Assembly: GCF_002113885.1 (NCBI RefSeq)
Contig: NW_018405113.1
Coordinates: 573,356-637,355 of the forward strand
DNA from: Mizuhopecten yessoensis
Taxonomy: Eukaryota
Direction: 5' to 3'
DNA length: 64,000 nt
Shown: in pieces, positions 1-11,829 of the stretch
Position numbering within the stretch: the first letter of the stretch is position 1
How the letters are laid out: every line of letters starts with the position of its first letter
The notes under the pieces: generated by a model
Databases searched by the model: none
Seen by the model: the letters and a program-made list of their open reading frames with translations, nothing else
Told to the model about the DNA's origin: nothing
Position numbers and translations under genes: made by a program

Positions 1-872
1 TAGTTTAATACAACAGTGTTTATCTATTCTGTCCCTATATATGTGGTGATATATACATTGATATCCTATTTTACACTTTTTATATGTGATGAAACCATTT
101 TCGTTAAATCTCTTCCATTTAGGAGGAATGTGGTGACAATGTTGATGATGCTGATTGTGGCTTTATTAAATAAAGAAATAATTGTACAAATTATTTGACT
201 TAGTACAATGGAAGTCGACTGCGAATTTAAATAATTAACATTTTTCTATTATCAGGTGGCATTTGATATAGCTAGAGTAAGCCACCCTAAGTTGCTATTC
301 GCTTTAGAAGGCATATAAACAAGTCATAAAATAAGTAATTCAATGAAAATTTCGTATGAGTTGCCTTATCAGACGTTAAACGATCGTCCTAACCCGCCTG
401 GCTAAATATCAAGGGGGCGCGTTATGTACTCTGTGTTTTGGTGGGACCGTGCTTCCAACGCCCCCCCCCCCCCCCCCCCCCNCACATTACTGTTAAAGTA
501 CAGACACTGAAACACCCACTCTAGACCATTATGTGCTCAACTTTGTTAATGGAGTTTTCTGGACAGGAGAGAAAAGACTCCGCTGAAAATCTATGCTACG
601 ATGATATCGGGAATAGAACGTCGGCTGTCTCTGTGGAAGGTTGGAATTGTTGACTATTTGGCCCTAACCTGTCAATAAATAATTCATCAATAGGTGTTTA
701 TGATAATTGTAAGCACTAACATGAAGTCCTGATTTAAAAAACAAAGACCCCTGGTCCCCAAACAGTTTCTCTACATATAATACGTAGCGGTTGTTTCATG
801 AATGAAAATATCACATTAAGTAATTAACAATGAAAAAAGCCCACAAACAGGAGGGTTATAGTGGTATTTAAT

Positions 873-917
873 GAGTTTTGATTGGCTATTTTTTAAAATA
901 ATAACCAATCAAAACTC
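873..917. repeat. Short palindrome, probably part of a non-autonomous element
   Basis: GAGTTTTGATTGGCTATT ... AATAACCAATCAAAACTC: near-perfect 18-bp inverted arms around a T/A spacer. Confidence 0.55.
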
Positions 918-1389
918 GCATAAATTTTATACCGCAATTGTGTTAGATAAGTATGCGAATATAACCTGTAAGCTTCTACGAATAGATAAGCTGTATATGT
1001 AAAAATAATCTCAAGGATATAAGATGTGATTCATAGTCAATCAGCACGAATAGAATATTGTTGTTCTCATATAATCCATAAATATATGTTTTGACGTCAT
1101 TCATCTAAGTGTTTGAAAGCGAGGTGTGTGGAATAATTAAAAACCTCCAATGCTTTTCCCTTTGATTAACGTTTTATAGTTAAATCAGATGGATTTGGGT
1201 AACAGATTAAGCTTCAGAGAACCCGTTCTTAAATGATAAGTAAAGATATTATGTAACGTTAAAAAGCATCGTGAGAAATATTTGATTGTGTGTTACATAA
1301 TTTGATTGACGTTGTATCTGTACATAATAACGCTTCCCTGATTGTTGTATCTGTACTGCACCTTTTACCCCGAGTGTTTTATCACATAG

Positions 1390-4300
1390 GATGCTCTGAA
1401 GATGGCCATGCAATGTAAGGATCGTCCAGTCCAGGCAAAGTGTCTATTTACATTCGCTGAGATTCACAGAACGCGGAAGGATACGGAGGTAAAAAAAACA
1501 GTAATCATCACAGGCGGAGTAATCTAAACAATTTATATTTAAAGTAGTCACGAACATGAAGGTGAGGTCAACTGGGGTAATCTTAAGCTATTTAAACACG
1601 TAGTTTGTTTATAACCGTACATATACTTCAAATTTAAACAATTCTATTTATATCCAGCACATCCACGGAGCCACTTTACGTAAAATAAATAGACCTTAAT
1701 AGATTTAGCCAAGAGAAATAACTTGCATATAGCACGTCCATAGCCTGTGTGTTCAGCATCGAAGTATCCTCAGTATCAACATCCTATACAAACTATACTG
1801 GGCGGGAGACGGCTTATCAGAATCTTAATGAAAGAAGGGTTTTATGATCCAGGCTATCATTAATTGCGCCAGGGACCGGTTTGGATATTAAAAAGCCAAT
1901 ATAACGTGTGAAACAAAACGGTGAGAAAATTATTCTATCTAGAAAGGGAGGTTGTTACTTTTGATGTCTTTTAAGAATAACAAACTGCAAAACTATCACA
2001 TATACTATCCTCCTTCTTCCAATTTACAAGGAATGTTTAGTAATTACTTCTGGAATCTCGAACCTGCCCCTAGATTGGTCATCTAACGCTTCATTTCCTC
2101 CATCGTTTGGTAAAAAGAAATACCATTTATATGATATGGAGGAACTGCTATAAAACAAACTTAAACGAATTCGGCCAAAAGCATTCTTAGCCAAAATCAT
2201 AGTTAAGTGGAAATATAACAAAAGTGTTTTTGAGCCTAATAGCAAACAACGTATTTACAGTTCACTGGGGTCACCATTTGTTTAAGCTTCCAGGGAAATC
2301 AATAACTCGTCGGTCATCTCAGTACAAGGTTTGAAAATATTTTCATGATTTTGTCCCCTTGACACATTGTAAATATAAGAGGCTTTTTATTGAAAATACA
2401 AATTGTTGAACCTCATTACGGTCATTGAAGACTTTAAAAACGGAGTGTTCAAAATGTTATTTAACGGTCCTTTTTATTAAAATATTAGAGTAATCGGAAG
2501 ATTTGAACTTGTTTCAGAGTACAGTGAAATAAACTTGCCAAATATACTTCGAATATCATGTGTCAATTAAATGAACAAAGTTCTTGATAAGAAACCATCT
2601 ACATGTATGTTTCTGTTTTTCCCCAGCGAGCCAATCCCCGGTACGAGTCGGCTTACTCCATCTACACTGAGATTGGTGACAGGTACGGTCAGATGGAGTC
2701 CTTGAGAGGGATGGCCAAGTCGACCACCTTATCAGGAGATACTCAGCAGGTCAGTATCATGTTTATCAGGTCGGCCATGTTAACGTCAAACAAGGTCAAG
2801 GACACAAATTACATCATTATTACAATCTGCAAATCTGGTCCTTAAAACTAAAAGTCCTTAAAAACTGAAAGTCCTTAAAAACTAAACGTCCTTAAAAACT
2901 AAAAGTCCTTAAAAACTGAAAGTGGCTATTTATACACGTACTTGCTTTTCGAAACGCAGTTGTTCTGAATAACCGTAATGTTGGCATGATGATCAGACAA
3001 TAATTATAATGTATACTGTTATAGTAATTCAAACCAAGTTAAAGGTAAAACAAGTTTAGTGTTTTGAAAGGACAAGGATGTGTCAAGTCTGAGTATATAG
3101 GGTCAAGGTCACAAGAATACACAATGAAAGTGTCATAAAGTTCAAGAACACGTCTCATTGAGATTTCTAGACTCATATGAATACTTATGGGAAAGATAAC
3201 AAAAGTCATGTTCATGATAGTTTAATGTATCAAACGTATACTAATAGGGTAACATTTTCATGTTAGTGTCATATTGAGGTGTAAATAGTTATGGTCAAGG
3301 TCATATGAAAAATAATGAAAGTGACTGGGTGGCTTGGCACATCATATATTATGAAATATTAGCTTCGTGAAGTCGATAACACGCACATATACAATGTAAA
3401 CCAGTGCCATGTTTGAGGTATTCAAAAGAAAACAAATTGAATCCCAATTATTTATGTTTTGTGAAAGCAGGAAAGTCGTCGACGGATGCAATCGTAACCT
3501 TCTATACACACTCAGTCTTTTTATAAACCAGGTAGGCACCGAATACGTCATTGGCCTGGCACAGCTGGTGACGTTTCACTGTCAATTAAACATGCAATAA
3601 TAAAAGAGCTACATTAACGGTGACGTTAACAATCCATTTTACGTGGTAAGGATATTTCTGGCAACAGTTTAAACACGTCGTCATCTCGACAACTTTAGTG
3701 TTTTGAAAGGATAAGGATGTGTCAAGTCTGAGTATATAGGGTCAAGGTCACATGAATACACAATGAAAAAGTGTCATAAAGTTCAAGAACACGTCTCATT
3801 GAGATTTCTAGACTCATTATGAAACTTATGCGAAAGAGAACGAAAGTCATGTTCAGGATAGTGTAATGCATGTATCAAACGTATACTAATAGGGTTACAA
3901 TTTTCATTTTCATGTCATATCGAGGTGTAAATAGTTATGGTCAAGGTCATATGAAAATTAATGAAAGTGACGGACAAGTCTAACTGTATCCAGGATGGAT
4001 TGACACATAATAGATTATGAAATAGTAGCTTAGTGAGGTCGATAACACGCACATAGACAATGTAAACCAGTGCCACGTTTGAGGTATTCAAAAGAAAACA
4101 AATTGAATCCCAATTATGTAGTCTTTTGTGAAAGCAGGAAAGTCGTCGACGGATGTAATCGTAACCTTCTATACACACTCAGTCTTTTTATAAACCAGGT
4201 AGGCACCGAATACGTCATTGGCCTGGCACAGCTGATGACATTTCACTGTCAATTAAATATGCAATAATAAAAGAGCTACATTAACGGTGACGTTAACAAT

Positions 4301-7300
4301 CAATTTTACGTGGTAAGGATATTTCTGGCAACAGTTTAAACATGTCGTCATCTCAACAGTGTTAACGCAAGTGTTTCATTGCCATACATCGATGACAAGG
4401 CAAAGTAATCTACCTCTTCCTGACTCCATATCTTATCAGATCCCCATTGACGTATACGTATGGTACAGTTACATTAGTGCAATGTTAGTGTAACCTCATT
4501 TGAAGCAAGCCTTATTAGCTTAGTGGTAGTGAAAAATGAAATCTGAATTACTGATATTTTCAAAATTATTAAAATCTGAACTAACCTATGAAAATGTTAA
4601 TGTTCAAATTGATCATCATCTTAATAAACAGCACAAAAACATAAGAAAAATATCGGTAAAACTCACTTTAAAAAGACTGACTTAATAACCATTTAAACGA
4701 TTAAGCTTGTTTATTACGTTCGTTCCGGAACTTGGCGTCTAACTCCTGTACCATGGTCAACAGGTGCGCGTCATATCATCAGTTTGTATTGATTGATTGT
4801 AGTTACGTCGATGGCATTTGAATGTTAATAAAATGAATTGAGTTTTATCTGACCAGGCTTTGGAACTGTACCAGCGAGCCTTAGACCTATCAGAATCTAT
4901 TGGGAACAAGGTAAGAACACTAAGCACCGGAGATTAGTACTAATTGAAAATCAATTTAACAGGTGACCTCAGGTATAGAAATATTATTCACACTTTCTCC
5001 TCTACTACGATAACGTAGCTGTGAATGTTGGTATTTAGATTTCTCTAAGATTGACTTATATTTCATCTGGCATTCACATTTACCTGACATTATCCACAGA
5101 TTAAATAATGTTTCATCTCATTTGTCAAACGGTATCCTAAATTCAATGTGTTGATTGTGATTAGTTGATACGCAAATATCAAAACTTTTCTGAAAACCAC
5201 ACTGATCAGATGTGGATTAAATATATTTCTACCCATACTCCTACACAGTAACTTTCTACTAATGCAACATAAATACGTTTGGGTGTTCACAGGTTAAACA
5301 TATGTTATCAGTGTGAACTCATTTTATGCTTAACACGAACAATGAATTTATTTGAAACGAATTCTTTTACCATAACGTAATAACGAGGAGTCTGTCTACA
5401 TCATGTATATATATTCCTTTTAGGGGCGTACCTATGAAGGTTCTCCGTCAAAATTGGTAGTCAAACAAAACGAAACTTAAAAAATGAAAAAATAGACAAA
5501 AAGAATAGATACGATGAGGCATTGTTAAAAATGTCTCATGGATCATAAGCCGAGACACTTTTCCTTCAATACTCAATCATGTGAAGTAACTTAAGAATAC
5601 GAAATTCGGACACTCCTTGGAAATTTCTTAGTCTACCTCTTGCCCTCAACAAGAATCCTAATAATTGTTATAGTGTACACAACACAACATCATATTTCAA
5701 ACTATGTCACAGCTACGTCTGCTTTAGGTTCGGGGAGGTTACAAAAGATTTGTCGGCTGTATCCCTTGGGTGATCGTAAGAGTCGATAAGATGTTTTCTT
5801 CTGTGACCTTCTTTTGACTTTGAAGTAACGCTGGAGAATCTTTTCTGTTCTGTCATGATAATGTCTACACCAGTGATTCTAGGTTTTACCGTAATTATAG
5901 ACGTGTTCACACTGTATCATATCTATGGTGAGTAAATCTTTTCCTGGATAAGAGTAACGACGGCACAGCGAGTGTTATATGTGATGCAGGAAGCGATCAG
6001 CCATGCGGAGCACCAGGTGTCGTCTCTAGTTCTTTTGGGGCAGTTTAAGATATTTATTTTGTGTCTTTTAAGTAACCACCATTGTACATGCGTTGAGTTC
6101 ATAGTGTGTGCTTGTGTACTGATGATGTGGTGCATATGTTTTTTTATCTTCATTCCTCACGTACATCCATTTCTAAGGTTAAAAGACTGCAGGTTTTGCG
6201 AAGACGCATAACAATGAGCAAACAAATGGTTTTGACGCGGCGTAGGGTTAGATGAAGTTTTACTCTTTACAGGAACATTGAAAATGGATTGCAGCACACG
6301 TCATCTGTGCAATTTATCTCTGACATACCATCAACACTCTTTAAAGCTGTATTGGTTCATTATCCGTCTTCTTTGCGTCATAAAACCTTAATGACGAATA
6401 CTTAGTTGTTCAAAATTATCACTTATGTATAATTCCAACATTTTCTTTGAAGTCAATGTCTTTAAATTGTTCAATCGCAGTGACGAACATGGTCGTTAGC
6501 TATAATATCGGCGTCAAGAGGGTATTACGGTATGTGGGTATGGTATGTGTAGATGTATGTCTCCTGTAATAGAATCCTGTTTAGTGACCAGTTATCCATG
6601 ATTGTCACAGGTTAACACTAACCTACCAACCCTACACTACAACAATGCAACTTTCTCGATTATCTCCGCAGGCCAATACAGTGCCAGCTTTTGTAAACAC
6701 AATTCAGGTAATCTGTTACACTGACTATATACTATTGATAAATCTTTTTCTACAGTCATTAGATTATAACGTGCTTAAGTTTTGCGAATTTGAATCAAGC
6801 GCGAAATACGCAAAAATATCCCGATTTACGGTAGTTTTGTAAAAATCTTAGAGATGTGATCTAGAATACCTTGGTTTTAAACTGTTCTAGGTTATAATGA
6901 GTACAGTCTAGGCAAATGTCAATTTGTTATATTTTGTGTTGTAGTTTGGGACCATGCAGTGTAGCGTAGCGCTAGCCGATCTCTACAACGAAGATGGCAA
7001 TAGCGCTATGGGCGACACCTACAAAAGCGCCGTACGGACCCTAGCGGAACATATGGAATTATTCTGTGGTGTATGTGGCGAAACAATGGGCCAACTTCCA
7101 GAAGAGTTATATCCCTTGCCATGCGGCCATTTAATACATAACAGGTTAGTTGTTGATTTTCACATCAAACATGAATTAAATACAGCTTAATATGCATTGT
7201 CAGATACGTTCTCACATGAAAACTTGAAATGGAATAACGTCTTGAATTTAAATTATGGGAAATCATCTTTCTTAATTTCGTTTTTGTATCTGCAGGTGTG

Positions 7301-7401
7301 GACCCCACCTGGCTCGATACACCTGGGGAAGGAAAGGTACACGACGACCCTGTCCGTCGTGTCGCGTCAAGTCATCAGGAAATCCTATACTTGAGCTTTA
7401 G
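1390..7401 (+). CDS. RAPSN: Rapsyn-like protein (43 kDa receptor-associated protein of the synapse), 3' part; 5' exons lie upstream of the window
   Basis: Five AG/GT-bounded exons splice in frame: 1390-1488 (DALKMAMQCKDRPVQAKCLFTFAEIHRTRKDTE), 2627-2749 (RANPRYESAYSIYTEIGDRYGQMESLRGMAK...), 4857-4910 (ALELYQRALDLSESIGNK), 6945-7144 (...MELFCGVCGETMGQLPEELYPLPCGHLIHN) and 7296-7401 (R-CGPHLARYTWGRKGTRRPCPSCRVKSSGNPILEL*). The TPR-like helices match rapsyn motifs recalled from memory (DRPLQALCL, PRYDSA..I.TEIG, EVGNK). The C-terminal RING-H2 is intact: CxxC...CxHxxHxxC...CxxC. Confidence 0.9.
2838..2923. repeat. 17-bp tandem repeat, ~5 copies (rapsyn intron)
   Basis: Unit GTCCTTAAAAACT(A/G)AAA is repeated directly. 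Confidence 0.9.
3055..4358. repeat. Tandem duplication of a ~640-665 bp unit (rapsyn intron)
   Basis: Copies 3055-3693 and 3694-4358 both start TTTAGTGTTTTGAAAGGA and end GTCGTCATCTC. Long stretches are identical, with small indels. Each carries GGTCAAGGTCA motifs typical of bivalve interspersed repeats. Confidence 0.92.
5710..6240 (+). mobile_element. Degraded 3' end of a retroelement-like dispersed repeat
   Basis: GTGATGCAGGAAGCG...ATGCGGAGCACC (~5980-6015) resembles a common bivalve repeat tail recalled from memory. The upstream frame KRFVG...VDK weakly resembles the C-terminus of such elements. There is no intact ORF. Confidence 0.35.
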
Positions 7402-7560
7402 AATGGCATCTTAAAACATTTCTGGTATTGTAACAAAACTTGTTAAACACCACCCACATACAAATACTGGAACTATTAACTCTTCAGCTTTGTAACCTAA
7501 TCGGAAATTTATTAATCCTATGTATTAAGGATTTCTGTCCCACTGTCTATGGCCACTATT

Positions 7561-7791
7561 GGGGCCACGGTGGCCAAGTGATTAAGGCGTCTGACATTCT
7601 GCTATATGTATCACTAATCCTCCACCACTAGGTCGCAGGTTCGAGACCTACACTTGCACGTGGGCAGTCGCCAGGTACTGGCCGTAGGCAAGTGGGTTTT
7701 CTCACGGAACTCCGTCTTTCCTCCATCACCAAAACCTACCACGTCCTTAAATGGCCAAAGCTATTAACAGGACGTAAAACACAAACAAAAC
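7561..7791 (+). mobile_element. tRNA-derived SINE downstream of the rapsyn stop codon
   Basis: tRNA-like head GGGGCCACGGTGGCCAAGTG (A box) and GGTTCGAGAC (B box). Central GGGTTTTCTCACGGAACTCCGTCTTTCCTCC resembles the V/Meta-type SINE core. Tail ...GGACGTAAAACACAAACAAAAC. Confidence 0.8.
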
Positions 7792-8589
7792 ATACTGCAG
7801 ACAGAACGCTGGGGAATTTCAGTGTGAGTTTTCGTATAAGCAGCAACCTTCCCTTACAACTGTTTTGGATATATCTGGTGTATTTGGGCCAGGGTACTGC
7901 CTTTGATTACGTACCTATATTGGTTATTATAACAAATCTGAGGTGAGGTTCAGGTTTGAATCCTGGCCTGGTACCACACATTTTTACACCCAGAATACTG
8001 TTGCTGATTGTGTTTTGTTTAATTCAACTTTCAAATATAAAAGTCTAGCAAGATAAGTTTTCTTTTTTTAAATGTTTTATCAAAGCTATAGTTGTGAAGA
8101 AAAAGTTCCCAGGTTTGGGCAGGGGTACGGGGATCCTAAATGAATAACTATTGATAACTATAACTTATCGTTAATGTGTGTATGTAGAAGAATAGCTTGC
8201 TATAAGTAAATGGATTGTTTACAAACAGACTGACGACTAACTTAATCAATAAAGACAGTATTAGAAATATGTATTGTGAGGTAGCAAGAAACCTTACCAA
8301 AGAGCTCGTTTTAACTATCATGGTGGAACTAATACTCAGAATGTTAGCACTTTACTCATATAATACTATTCAGACGGTACAACGTCTCTTAGCATCTTGT
8401 GACGCTATTAGCATATCATAATTAAGAAAGATATTGATAGAAACATAAGCAGTTTTGATTACAGTATGCTATCAGTTGTACGAGGATATATATATATATG
8501 TGGAGAGGTGATGTATGTGTGTATAAGTGTATTGTTATCATTGTTTATATCAAACACATGTGAGTACGTATATGTAGATAGAGGTACTA

Positions 8590-8895
8590 ATAATGGGACC
8601 ACCAAACATTAACAAGTGTGTATACAAATATTCCTTCAGGGCAAAGGGGTGGGGCCAAATACAGGATAAAGAGGTAAAACTTCAAAATTCTTCTTCTGCT
8701 GTACCAATGGAGGGATTTTAACCAACTTTGTCCCATAGCATTTTTAGTCACCCCTTTGAGGCAGAGGGGCAGGGCCCAATAGGAGAAATAAAGGTAAATC
8801 TTTAACATCCTTCTCCTTCTGTACTAGTAGAGAGATTAAAACAAATTTGTCCTAAGGCAGCTTTGGGAAAAGGGGTTTCAATTTTGTTTGAATGT
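8590..8895. repeat. Dispersed repeat with two ~120-bp subunits (possibly a Helitron/Helentron-associated satellite-like unit)
   Basis: GGCA(A/G)AGGGG..GGGCC.AATA...AGGTAAA...TCTTCT...CTGTAC...GATT..AAC...TTGTCC occurs twice (~8640 and ~8760). The family assignment is inference. Confidence 0.55.
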
Positions 8896-10118
8896 ATTAG
8901 GAATGGGTAATCTGTTTATGGAAAAGAATTACGTTTGTTCAATATTCTGTAAATGACCAAGACGCTACACATGTTTGAGATTATATTTATCCTATATTAT
9001 TGTTAAATAAGTTTTGTTTTGTGTTAAAATTCAGTAAAAAATATATCCACAAAAAAACACCCTGATTTTCATTTTTCACCGACATTTATAACGTCATTTT
9101 AGTGTAAAATGTAAAATTACGACTGCCGTTGTAACATAATGTATGTTACATAATGACAATTTATAAAGTGATGTTATTACACTCAAATACGTGTGACTGG
9201 AGTACGTTTAGCTTATAAAATTTGAAACGTAGGCAGTGTAACTATATCACAAACTAGTGTGCGTCAAGCAAGTTATATGAAAAGATTTAATTATATGGAA
9301 AAAAAATCTTTATATATATGTGTATTTAATGTCTATTTCAACCTGAAGGACCAAAACATGTTATCACACGTGCATCCCTTTTGAATACCTTAGTCATTTT
9401 GTATGTATGGGAAGGAACAGTCAAAAATGGGAATAGTTACTTTTAAATGACAAAAACATGTAACGCTAACAAACAGACAAGTGGTTTAGTTTGTTAAAAA
9501 CGTTATATATGATATAAATGTCTTCTTTTTGTGATATTTTCTTGATCATAATATCGAGATAAAGTTGTATATTAATAGTTTGCTGTCATTTCCATGAACA
9601 AGTTATATATAAACAAGAAATGTAGGGGAAAGTGAAAATAAATTAACGCAAAAAAGGTCTGAAATCAACGATATATTATAGATGAACTATGTCTAGATAT
9701 TTGTTAAACATTCCATACTGAGAATCTCAGTCTTCCCATACTTGATGTTGTCCTGTGTTCCCAAGTTTTTTTTCGTGAAAACTAAATATTGTGTCTTGAA
9801 TTACATAGTTTCATGTAATATTGATAAAAAAGAGATAAAATCTGATATTACAGTGTATATTTTATGTAAAATGATATAATAAAAAAACATTATTTTTAAA
9901 ATGTATGTGTTGTTTTCAGTAGTATGATACAATTATCAGCATTGTTAAAATTTGGGTCATATACTCATCACATTCCGTTGACCTATCCTGTATTCGGGAT
10001 CGAAGGTTGTCGATACAAATCAATACTCTGATTGATGGCATTTGCTTCATCCAGTCATAACGGAATCAACATATACATAACATTATCCAGTATATCAAGC
10101 TGTTGCAGTTAACGTTAA

Positions 10119-10201
10119 CGCATTCATCCCTCAGGTCACATTTAAACCTTACCTAATCAAAGACTGAGCTAGTCTAGTTTAAACATGTAGGGGTGAATGA
10201 G
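10119..10201. mobile_element. 83-bp MITE with TTAA flanks (piggyBac-like), copy 1
   Basis: TTAA|CGCATTCATCCCT...AGGGGTGAATGAG|TTAA. Same length and termini as the copy at 33812-33894. Confidence 0.75.
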
Positions 10202-10842
10202 TTAATGGAACAACAAAAGCGAGATGCATTAGCATAGACGATTGTGTGTTCTTTTCGGACAATACATGTACGTTTATAAAACAGTGATACCCATAGCTGC
10301 AACTAGTCATAACTTTAAAAATAAAAAAGTCCGATAAAGAATTTAGTGCGCAAAAATGTATTTGGGGTCTCACAACAGCTAATCGACCATATTGTAAAAT
10401 AGCTGTCATCAAAATAAGAAACACCAGTTGTAGAAAGTAAAGGATTAAACTTAATATAAAACGAAAACGTTTTCTCCCTCTTTGAAAAGTACGTTAACTT
10501 CTTCATTGTATAAACTTCTGTGTTATTGTTAGGGTCTTTAAAAAAATGCAAAACAAGATATTCGAAATATACCAATGATTTAATGATTCTACACGGACAG
10601 CCCATCGTCAATCATGAAAAATAAGATATAACTATACAGAAGAATTGTTCCGCCAATGGACATGGTTGAATACAAATAAAAACAATATTCACATAATATA
10701 TGACGGAGATAGCCTCTAAAGTGACGTAAACAATTTGCGAAACAAGATTACAGAAAGATGAGATTTATTGCGTTTGAGCACACTCTTTATGGCAATTGTG
10801 GCAAAAGTTTTCTATAGAACATTACAAAGACACTCAGCACCA

Positions 10843-11829
10843 TTACGAATCGCTAATGAAGGTCTTCACTTTATTGTTTATCCTGTCCCTTCTATCCTCG
10901 TTTATACCCAGCTTAATGTCCATCACCTGTTTCCTTTGATCGGCAATCGTCATGGGATTCCTTGAGTGAGAAAGGTGGGATTTCCATTCATTCGCCGATA
11001 GAGTTGGCCGTTGTTGATTAAGAATATCCATAATACCAGCATTTTTGTTTATTGCAGTACTAGCGAAGGTAGGTAACATTTTGTCATTAGGATCCCTTGA
11101 CGGTGGTTTACGCGCAGAATACATTTTGCGAGCCATTGCTTTCTTATCGAACACGTTTTGACTGTTAAATTTACCCATTTCACGTTGACGTACGCTATCT
11201 CTCCTGGCCATGGGATGCCGTTCTGCATTTAAATTTGCACGAAGCAACTTTTTAGTAATATCAGATGTATCCGTCATCCACGTGCGATTTGACCTCGAGC
11301 TTGATGCACGACTACATGACGTCATGGACTCAATGTCGTCACTATGATTACTGGTAACGTCATCAATGTCACCATCTCCTCTTAACGACGTTATAAACGT
11401 ACGTGACTTGGCGGGACTACTTTGCGGACGTGTAGAAGATGACACTTCGCTTGACTTTTCACTAAGATCAGACAGATCCAAAGGTTTTACGCGTGACCGT
11501 TCTGCTGCTGATTGTGGACGTTGAAATCGTCGTCTCTTGCGACTAACAATTCTTTCGCCGTACAAAAAGCATGGTCCTCCTTCAGGTTTTTCGTATTCTT
11601 CTTCTGTCTCCGGACCTAGGCCTTCTGGACTTTGTCCACTACATGAGTTTATATAGTCCAAAGTAACCGATATAAGCCGGATGTCTTGATTTGTAACTTG
11701 AATCTGGCGCTTTTTTTCTTTATCCAGAATATTCAAACGACCGTACAATTTTGTATTTTCTATGTTGTTGATTCTGTAAGCTCTCTGAACTCTCGAAGAG
11801 TTGTAGCTTGGCTGCCCAAGAGTGGGCAT
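10843..11829 (-). CDS. Uncharacterised 328-aa protein, single coding exon (N-terminal predicted helix, Ser/Arg-rich low-complexity middle)
   Basis: 987-nt ORF, far longer than background. The ORF-track start at 11850 is TTG; the first ATG is at 11829, with an in-frame TGA just upstream. A polypyrimidine/CAG acceptor at 11918-11930 indicates a spliced 5' UTR. AATAAA lies on the - strand at 10764-10769. Confidence 0.85.
   Translation of the reverse strand: MPTLGQPSYNSSRVQRAYRINNIENTKLYGRLNILDKEKKRQIQVTNQDIRLISVTLDYINSCSGQSPEGLGPETEEEYEKPEGGPCFLYGERIVSRKRRRFQRPQSAAERSRVKPLDLSDLSEKSSEVSSSTRPQSSPAKSRTFITSLRGDGDIDDVTSNHSDDIESMTSCSRASSSRSNRTWMTDTSDITKKLLRANLNAERHPMARRDSVRQREMGKFNSQNVFDKKAMARKMYSARKPPSRDPNDKMLPTFASTAINKNAGIMDILNQQRPTLSANEWKSHLSHSRNPMTIADQRKQVMDIKLGINEDRRDRINNKVKTFISDS

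Noticed and set aside
461-482. Poly-C run containing an N, and a similar G-run with N near 24095
   Set aside because: Homopolymer tracts with ambiguous base calls; no evidence of function.
3342-4267. Pairs of similar 63-87 aa ORFs on both strands
   Set aside because: The similarity comes from the intronic tandem duplication, and frames are not preserved between copies.
7104-7117. GAGTTATATCCCTT motif variant
   Set aside because: It lies in a rapsyn coding exon (EELYPL) and is explained by codons.
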